From Ignavibacteria bacterium (lineage in GTDB: Bacteria; Bacteroidota; Ignavibacteria; UBA10030), in contig VGVZ01000008.1 in NCBI GenBank assembly GCA_016873805.1, forward strand, positions 2,592 through 66,591: a DNA stretch of 64,000 bases, written 5' to 3'. Below the pieces are notes generated by a model, which saw nothing but the letters and a program-made list of their open reading frames with translations, was not told the origin of the DNA and did no database searches. The position numbers and the translations under genes are program-made. The first letter of the stretch is position 1, and each line of letters opens with the position of its first letter. Below are positions 57,903 to 64,000 of this stretch, one piece after another.

Positions 57903-58734
57903 CAAGCTGCAGGCGTACCTTCAACTGCTCCGCCCCCTGAACGTTCTCATCGCCGTTCTCTCCATTGCTGCCGCGTCAATTCTGGCCTCGCACCAATCAT
58001 TCGACTGGATCGCCATCGTTCTCGCATCGCTCGCGGGCGGACTGATCGCCGGCGGAGCGAATGCGATCAACGACTACTTCGATATCGAGATCGATCGCGT
58101 GAACAAACCGAATCGTCCGCTGCCTCGAGGAGCACTGCGTCCGGCCGACGCTTACGCGCTCTGGCTCGCGGTTTCGATCACCGGCGTCTTCGTCAACGTT
58201 CTTCTCAACGGGGCGGCGTTGATCATCGCGTTTTCGTCAGTCGTAATCCTGTATCTCTACAGCGCCGTCTACAAGCGATCGATCCTGGTGGGGAACGTTA
58301 TCGTGGCGTTCATGACGGGATTGGCGTTCATCTACGGCGGCATCGTGGTCGGTCATGTCGAACGTGCGATTATTCCAGCACTGTTCGCTTTCCAGATCAA
58401 CTTCGCCAGGGAGCTTGTCAAGGATGTCGAGGATATCGAGGGGGATGCAAAGGAACACGCCGGGACTTTTGCGGTGAAGCATGGTCCGCGCCCTGCACTC
58501 CTTCTCGCCACAATAATCCTTCTTGCATTGATCGCAACGACAGCGTATCCTTATCTGGCGAGTATCTATTCGCTCGACTATCTGGTGATTGTTGCGATCG
58601 TTGATGTGGTGCTCCTCTTTGTCGTGATTTCGATGTGGAGAGATCAAACTCCAAAAAATCTCGGTCGTCTCAGCGCGCTCTTGAAATGGAATATGCTTCT
58701 GGGACTCGTCGCCATCTATCTCGGAGCGGGATGA
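57892..58734 (+). CDS. UbiA-family prenyltransferase whose signature matches the DGGGP synthase / ChlG / homogentisate-prenyltransferase clade
   Basis: NAINDYFDIEIDRVNKPNRPLPRGAL matches N-DYFD-EIDRiN-P-RPiP-G of archaeal digeranylgeranylglyceryl-phosphate synthase and ChlG/HPT. It is not the MenA/UbiA/CyoE pattern. 8-9 TM helices. The start is the ATG at 57892, overlapping the Omp85 gene end by 11 nt. Confidence 0.75.
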   Translation: MNSDKLQAYLQLLRPLNVLIAVLSIAAASILASHQSFDWIAIVLASLAGGLIAGGANAINDYFDIEIDRVNKPNRPLPRGALRPADAYALWLAVSITGVFVNVLLNGAALIIAFSSVVILYLYSAVYKRSILVGNVIVAFMTGLAFIYGGIVVGHVERAIIPALFAFQINFARELVKDVEDIEGDAKEHAGTFAVKHGPRPALLLATIILLALIATTAYPYLASIYSLDYLVIVAIVDVVLLFVVISMWRDQTPKNLGRLSALLKWNMLLGLVAIYLGAG

Positions 58735-59393
58735 ATCGTATGCCGTTGAGAACGATGAAATCCAACACGGTGTTGCCGGACAATTTCGATTGGTTTGCCG
58801 TAGAGTATCGATATCGAAAACAGGAAATTGATATGATCGCAGGAGTCGATGAGGCCGGACGAGGACCGTTGGCGGGTCCGGTTGTTGCCGCCGCCGTCGT
58901 CTTTGGTTCCGGCGTGCGGATCGAAGGAATCAACGATTCAAAAAAGCTCGCTGAACGGCGCCGGATACACCTGTATGAGGAGATTCTTTCAACGGCCCTC
59001 GATGTGGGGCTAGGAATCGTGGACAACGATGAGATTGATCGGATCAATATTCTGCAGGCGTCGATTCTCGCAATGCGAAAAGCCGTTGATGGTCTTTCCG
59101 CGATTCCCGACGTAATTCTCGCCGACGGTAATTCATTCAGACATGACAGCATCAGGTTTGAGAACATCATCGGGGGGGACGGAAAAAGCTTTTCGATCGC
59201 CGCGGCATCGATTGTGGCAAAAGTGACACGTGACCGGATGATGTGCGAATTCCACGCGAAGTACCCGGACTACGGCTTCGCACGACATAAGGGGTACGGG
59301 ACGCCTGAGCACCTTGCCGCGATCAAACAACACGGATTGTGCAGCATTCACCGTCGCAGCTTTCGATGCGGCGATACGGCGAATTATCTTTGA
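58731..59393 (+). CDS. rnhB: Ribonuclease HII
   Basis: IAGVDEAGRGPLAGPVVAAAVV active-site motif. The start is set at the ATG at 58731, overlapping the UbiA stop (ATGA). An N-terminal extension of about 35 aa precedes the conserved core. Confidence 0.85.
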   Translation: MNRMPLRTMKSNTVLPDNFDWFAVEYRYRKQEIDMIAGVDEAGRGPLAGPVVAAAVVFGSGVRIEGINDSKKLAERRRIHLYEEILSTALDVGLGIVDNDEIDRINILQASILAMRKAVDGLSAIPDVILADGNSFRHDSIRFENIIGGDGKSFSIAAASIVAKVTRDRMMCEFHAKYPDYGFARHKGYGTPEHLAAIKQHGLCSIHRRSFRCGDTANYL

Positions 59394-59410
59394 GCAATGG
59401 GGGGGAGTTC

Positions 59411-59785
59411 ATGGCTCTCCATATCGGTGGAGGCTGGAGAAAGCAGCGCGGGAACCGGGGAGAAGATCTCGCGCTTGATTATCTGAGAAGCCGTGGATAT
59501 CATGTGCTCGCACGGAACTACCGGTTCGAACGCGGTGAAATCGACTTGATTGCCGAGGATGGGGAGGTGATCGTCTTCGTGGAGGTCAAGACGAGACGGT
59601 CAATGAAGTACGGTCAACCGGAGCACTCGGTGACGCTTCGGAAGCAAAACCAGATACGCAAGGTTGCCGAAGGATATCTCCACGAGCACGAAATGCGAAA
59701 TCGACCATGCCGTTTTGATGTCCTCGCCATCACCATGACGTACCACGATCCGACAATCATCCACTACAGAAATGCCTTCTACTAA
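59411..59785 (+). CDS. yraN: YraN-family (UPF0102) endonuclease-like protein
   Basis: GEDLALDYLRSRGYHVLARNYRFERGEIDLIAEDGEVIVFVEVKTR matches UPF0102. The rnhB-yraN adjacency is widely conserved. The start is set at the ATG at 59411. Confidence 0.8.
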   Translation: MALHIGGGWRKQRGNRGEDLALDYLRSRGYHVLARNYRFERGEIDLIAEDGEVIVFVEVKTRRSMKYGQPEHSVTLRKQNQIRKVAEGYLHEHEMRNRPCRFDVLAITMTYHDPTIIHYRNAFY

Positions 59786-59791
59786 CCTCGC

Positions 59792-61219
59792 ATGAAAGAA
59801 CAACTTCATCACCTTGGCCTGTACACGGATTTCTATGAATTCACGATGGCGCAGGCGTATTTCCTCACGGGAAAGCACCAGACCCATGCGTCGTTCGACT
59901 ATTTCTACCGCCAGAATCCGTTTGATGGAGGGTTTGTCATCTTTGCCGGTCTGAGCGATCTCGTTGCACTTCTCGGGCAGTTCCGTTTCCATGTAGATGA
60001 CATTGAGTATTTGCGGAGTCAGGGTCTCCATCCCGAGTTCCTGAAGTATCTCAGGAATTACCGCTTTGAAGGAACGATTCATTCGGTCCGTGAAGGGGAG
60101 GTGGTATTTCCGTACGAGCCGATTGTTCGGGTCGAGGGAAACGTCGTCGAGACCCAGCTCATCGAGACCATCCTTCTCAATGTGCTGAACTTCGAATCGC
60201 TCATTGCTACGAAAGCGGCAAGGCTTCGACTGGCGGCGGGGAACCGGCGGCTTGTCGATTTTGGGCTCAGGCGCGCCCAGGGATTTGCGGGAATGCAGGC
60301 GAGCAAGGCGGCCTTTGTCGGCGGCGTTGATGCCACATCCAATGTCTTTGCCGGATTTCACCATGGTTTGGAGCTTTCAGGTACACAAGCGCATTCGTGG
60401 ATTCAATGCTTCGATCACGAACTGGAGGCTTTCCGACGATTCGCCGAGATCTTCCCCGAACGTTGCTTTCTCCTCGTTGATACGTACAACACCCTCGAAA
60501 GCGGGTTGCCGAACGCCATCACCGTCGCCCGGGAACTTGATGCGAAGGGATACCGGCTGGCCGGTGTTCGCCTCGATAGCGGCGATCTGGCATACTTGAG
60601 CAAACGCGCGCGGGCAATGCTCAACGACGCCGGCTTTCCCTATGTCAAGATCGTGGCATCGAACCAGCTCGATGAGTACCTGATTCGAAGCTTGATTGAG
60701 CAGGATGCCCCGATCGACGCGTTCGGTGTGGGAACCCGGCTGGTGACCGCCGAAGGAACTCCTTCGCTGGACGGAGTCTATAAGCTTGCCTCGTTCGACG
60801 GGAGACCCCGACTGAAGTTCTCCGAGAACTTTGCAAAGATCACGCTGCCGGGTGTGAAAGATATTGTTCGGTTTGTGGATGGGCAGGGTGGTTTCTATGC
60901 TGATGGAATTGTGCTGGACGGTGAGAAGAAGTTTGAGATGATTCACCACCCTTTGTTCACACAGAAGAAGAGCAGCGTTCAGGAGAGGGAGAGCCAGTCA
61001 ATCATGGTCCGATCAATCGAGCACGGCAATCCTCTTCCTCACCCTTCCATTCGCGAATGCGCGGCGTATGCACAACAGAGACTCTCGCGGCTCTCACCCG
61101 AACATAAGCGATTTGAAAACCCGCACGTCTACAAGGTTGGGCTCAGCCCGGCCCTTCTCCAGCTGCGAGCGTCCTTGACAAATGGGGTCGTCAACAACGC
61201 CCAACCTGAGAGGGATTGA
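59792..61219 (+). CDS. pncB: Nicotinate phosphoribosyltransferase
   Basis: LYTDFYEFTMAQAYFLTGKHQ N-terminus, the GTQAHSW and FGVGTRL motifs. Confidence 0.87.
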   Translation: MKEQLHHLGLYTDFYEFTMAQAYFLTGKHQTHASFDYFYRQNPFDGGFVIFAGLSDLVALLGQFRFHVDDIEYLRSQGLHPEFLKYLRNYRFEGTIHSVREGEVVFPYEPIVRVEGNVVETQLIETILLNVLNFESLIATKAARLRLAAGNRRLVDFGLRRAQGFAGMQASKAAFVGGVDATSNVFAGFHHGLELSGTQAHSWIQCFDHELEAFRRFAEIFPERCFLLVDTYNTLESGLPNAITVARELDAKGYRLAGVRLDSGDLAYLSKRARAMLNDAGFPYVKIVASNQLDEYLIRSLIEQDAPIDAFGVGTRLVTAEGTPSLDGVYKLASFDGRPRLKFSENFAKITLPGVKDIVRFVDGQGGFYADGIVLDGEKKFEMIHHPLFTQKKSSVQERESQSIMVRSIEHGNPLPHPSIRECAAYAQQRLSRLSPEHKRFENPHVYKVGLSPALLQLRASLTNGVVNNAQPERD

Positions 61220-61220
61220 G

Positions 61221-61835
61221 ATGAGGGCACTGCTGATCGTCGATGTACAGAATGACTTCTGCCCGGGGGGAGCGTTGGCTGTGCCGGAAGGGGACAAGGT
61301 CGTTCACGTCATCAACAGAATTCTCGATTGGTTTGATCTTGTCGTCGCATCGAAGGACTGGCACCCAAGAGACTCCGTTCACTTCTCGAAGTGGCCGCCC
61401 CATTGCGTTCAGGAAACACATGGCGCGGAATTTCATCCGGAACTCGATACGTCGAAGGTTGTTCAGGTGGTTGTCAAGGGAACAGGGAATCGGGACGACG
61501 GATACTCGGCGTACGAGGCGACGAATGTCGATCTCGAAGAATATCTGAAGAGCAAAGGAATCGATGAACTGTTTGTCGTCGGCCTGGCAACGGACTATTG
61601 TGTGCGCGCGTCGGCCCTCGACGCAGTCCGGCGTGGTTTTCGAACATCGGTCGTGATCGATGCCGTCGCGGCGGTTGATATTCTTCCCGGGGATGGAGAT
61701 GCTGCTCTCAAGGAAATGGAACAGGCCGGCGTGCGACTCGTGACATCAGATGGGATCTTGTGTCGTGTTCCGGAAAAAGGTTTACAGAGTCAAGCACGAA
61801 ATCTCAAGGACGAAGACCGAAACAAAAGCCAATGA
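61221..61835 (+). CDS. pncA: Nicotinamidase (isochorismatase family)
   Basis: MRALLIVDVQNDFCPGGALAV, a catalytic Cys in GLATDYCVRASALDA and the KDWHP motif. Its ATG at 61221 starts 2 nt after the pncB stop, forming a salvage operon. Confidence 0.87.
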   Translation: MRALLIVDVQNDFCPGGALAVPEGDKVVHVINRILDWFDLVVASKDWHPRDSVHFSKWPPHCVQETHGAEFHPELDTSKVVQVVVKGTGNRDDGYSAYEATNVDLEEYLKSKGIDELFVVGLATDYCVRASALDAVRRGFRTSVVIDAVAAVDILPGDGDAALKEMEQAGVRLVTSDGILCRVPEKGLQSQARNLKDEDRNKSQ

Positions 61836-62050
61836 CAGTAATTCATAATGAATAAACCTGATCTTTGAACGTTTTCGATTTGAGCATTTGAATTTGTTTG
61901 TGATTTCGTGCTTCGAATTTCGGATTTGCCCGTCCGGACTTGGTCAAGATTCTTCTGGAACTAGGAGCGCTCACCCTTTTGGACGGTCGGAACGAGTGGT
62001 CCATGTGACCGGGTGTCAATATCTTCTCAACGTCGTAAGGAGAATTCAGC

Positions 62051-63721
62051 TTGAATGCCGCCTTGATCGGTCTTGCTGGTGCTCTTTGGTTTATCATCAT
62101 GTATCGATGGTACGGCGGGTTCATCGAGCGTAAGCTCGTTCAGCCAGACAACGCTCGCCCGACCCCTTCGCAATCGATGGGGGACAACATGGACTACGTG
62201 TCGTCGCATCCTGCGCTTCTCTTCGGCCACCATTTTTCGTCGATTGCCGGCGCCGGCCCGATTGTCGGCCCCATTCTCGCCTACTCATTCTTTGGATGGC
62301 TACCGGCTCTTCTCTGGATTCTCCTTGGCTCCGTGTTCATCGGCGCCGTGCATGACTACATGTCTCTCATGGCATCGGTTCGGAATCGGGGTGCGTCAGT
62401 GGCTGACCTCTCTCAGCAACACGTCTCCAATACCGCTCGCTGGATCTTTTCGATCTTCCTCTGGCTGGCACTGGTTCTGGTGATCTCGGTCTTTGCATTC
62501 CTGACGGCGCAGACGATGGCGGAAAAGCCGGAAATCGTGATTCCTACGATCGGGCTTATGCTGCTTGCGATTGCCTTTGGTATTCTCGTCTACCGCAAAG
62601 GAGTCAACATCTGGGTGGGAACAACGATCGCACTGGCCATTATGTTTGGGCTCATCTTGCTCGGCGACATGGTTCCGATCTATGCGAGCTTCGATTTCTG
62701 GCTCATCTCGGCCCTTCTCTATTCGCTCGTTGCGTCAACGATACCCGTATGGGTTCTTCTCCAGCCGCGCGACTATCTCTCCATGTATATCCTCATCGCG
62801 GGGATAGGACTCGCGTTCGTTTCATTGCTTGTGATGCAACCGGAAATCAATGGGCCGGCATTCACGGGATTCGCGAGCGCACAGGGCATGCCGCTGTGGC
62901 CGATTCTCTTTATCACCGTTGCGTGCGGTGCGATATCGGGATTTCACTCAATCGTTGCCAGCGGGACATCGGCGAAGCAGCTTCGACGTGAAATGGACGG
63001 CCGGCTGATCGCATACGGAGGTATGCTCACCGAAGGAGCCCTGGCAATGATCGTCGTATTGCTCATGTCGAGCGTTCTCTTCTGGAACGACGTGCCTGTT
63101 GATGAACTCAGCGGATACGTGTTCGGTACGTTACTTGCGAATAAGGGAGCGAACATCACCTTTGGGACCGCGATGGGGCGAGCCATGGAAAGTATCGGCA
63201 TCCCGCTCGCCTACGGAATTGCTTTTGGCATCCTGATGCTCAATACGTTCATCCTCACAACGCTGGATACCTGCGCGCGCCTGACACGATATGTGATGAC
63301 GGAGAGCCTCGGCCAAAAGATCCCGGCAATGAGGAACAAGTATCTCGCAACACTCGCGGGCCTCGTGGTCGCCTACATCCTTACCTTGGGCAATGGCTGG
63401 CGAGTGCTTTGGCCTGCATTCGGTGCCGCAAACCAGCTCATCGGCGCACTCTCGCTGATGGTTGTGTCATCTTATCTCTTTGGTTTCAAGAAGGCGACAA
63501 CATATACGTTGATCCCCGCAATCTTCATGCTTGCAACCACAGAGGCGGCGCTCTTCTACCAGCTCGTCTGGCAATATATCCCGACAGCGAACTATGCGCT
63601 GGCGATCATCGCCGTCTTGCTCATGGTTCTCGGGTTTGTGATGTCCGTCGAGGTATACAAACGGTTCCAACGGAAACCGGAAGTTCACATCCCTGAACAA
63701 CCTCTTATTGCGAAAGAATGA
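62051..63721 (+). CDS. cstA: Carbon starvation protein A (peptide/pyruvate transporter family)
   Basis: The N-terminal region (WFIIMYRWYGGFIERKL...MDYVSSHPALLFGHHFSSIAGAGPIVGPILA) and an approximately 16-TM topology are diagnostic of CstA. TTG start preceded by a strong AAGGAGA Shine-Dalgarno sequence. Confidence 0.9.
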   Translation: MNAALIGLAGALWFIIMYRWYGGFIERKLVQPDNARPTPSQSMGDNMDYVSSHPALLFGHHFSSIAGAGPIVGPILAYSFFGWLPALLWILLGSVFIGAVHDYMSLMASVRNRGASVADLSQQHVSNTARWIFSIFLWLALVLVISVFAFLTAQTMAEKPEIVIPTIGLMLLAIAFGILVYRKGVNIWVGTTIALAIMFGLILLGDMVPIYASFDFWLISALLYSLVASTIPVWVLLQPRDYLSMYILIAGIGLAFVSLLVMQPEINGPAFTGFASAQGMPLWPILFITVACGAISGFHSIVASGTSAKQLRREMDGRLIAYGGMLTEGALAMIVVLLMSSVLFWNDVPVDELSGYVFGTLLANKGANITFGTAMGRAMESIGIPLAYGIAFGILMLNTFILTTLDTCARLTRYVMTESLGQKIPAMRNKYLATLAGLVVAYILTLGNGWRVLWPAFGAANQLIGALSLMVVSSYLFGFKKATTYTLIPAIFMLATTEAALFYQLVWQYIPTANYALAIIAVLLMVLGFVMSVEVYKRFQRKPEVHIPEQPLIAKE

Positions 63722-64000
63722 TTCCGGATTCGGCCTTGTTAGATCCAGCCAGTGAGGTGTTCTACGATCTCGAGACACAGCTCTCGGCTGACGATGTCGG
63801 AGGCTGGCAGAACTCGCATTTGATGCGTGTCGCCCTCGCTGTTACCTGGTGTGCGCGCCATGGCGTTCGCCGTTGGGATGAATCTTCGGTGAAAGAGCTG
63901 ATTGAGTACCTGACCTCATTTGCCAGGATCGTCAGTTTCAATGGAGACAACTTCGATTCACGTGTTCTCTCCTTCTACGGTGATGTCAGAATCCTGCGAA
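63718..64000 (+). CDS. Partial CDS of unknown function. The start codon overlaps the cstA stop and the gene runs off the window end.
   Basis: An open frame starts at ATG 63718 (MIPDSALLDPASEVFYDLETQLSADDVGGWQNSHLMRVALAVTWCARHGVRRWDESSVKELIEYL...) and continues to the end of the window without a stop. ATGA overlap with cstA. No family recognised. It is absent from the ORF track, presumably because it lacks an in-window stop. Confidence 0.35.
   Translation, partial: MIPDSALLDPASEVFYDLETQLSADDVGGWQNSHLMRVALAVTWCARHGVRRWDESSVKELIEYLTSFARIVSFNGDNFDSRVLSFYGDVRILR

Overview
This 64-kb window is a gene-dense, high-GC chromosomal segment with about 57 genes, almost all on the + strand after the first 2 kb, and no tRNA or rRNA genes, CRISPR arrays or mobile elements. 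The phylum is inferred to be FCB-group (Bacteroidota, Ignavibacteriota or Chlorobi-like). The evidence is a type IX secretion C-terminal sorting domain on a 1342-aa BNR-repeat protein, a GWxTD-domain protein, and DUF3276 and DUF3108 proteins. Most content is housekeeping: sucC, gatB, tpiA, smc, lpxB, lpxK, ppdK, queA, ispD, plsY, gpsA, htrA, purB, nadE, rsmI, groES, groEL, dnaG, cdsA, rimO, rnhB, yraN, pncB, pncA and cstA. The groES promoter is followed by a perfect CIRCE operator. The region is unusually rich in membrane-lipid genes. The most interesting of these are a UbiA prenyltransferase whose signature matches archaeal DGGGP synthase or ChlG, and a ferredoxin coupled to a geranylgeranyl reductase; together they hint at archaeal-type ether-lipid capacity. 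Other notable items are two PlsY paralogues flanking gpsA, a GH2-like domain (possibly missing its nucleophile) fused to a polytopic membrane domain, two paralogous zinc-ribbon/B-box/DUF2007-like proteins (one right after a CPBP protease), a lysine catabolism pair (L-lysine 6-aminotransferase with an ALDH7-type dehydrogenase), a peptidoglycan-recycling module (BadF-type kinase with a GH3/beta-lactamase fusion lipoprotein), and a 14-mer shared by two promoter regions. Many ORF starts are GTG or TTG and several start coordinates are uncertain. All calls rest on motif and family recognition by eye; no searches were run.
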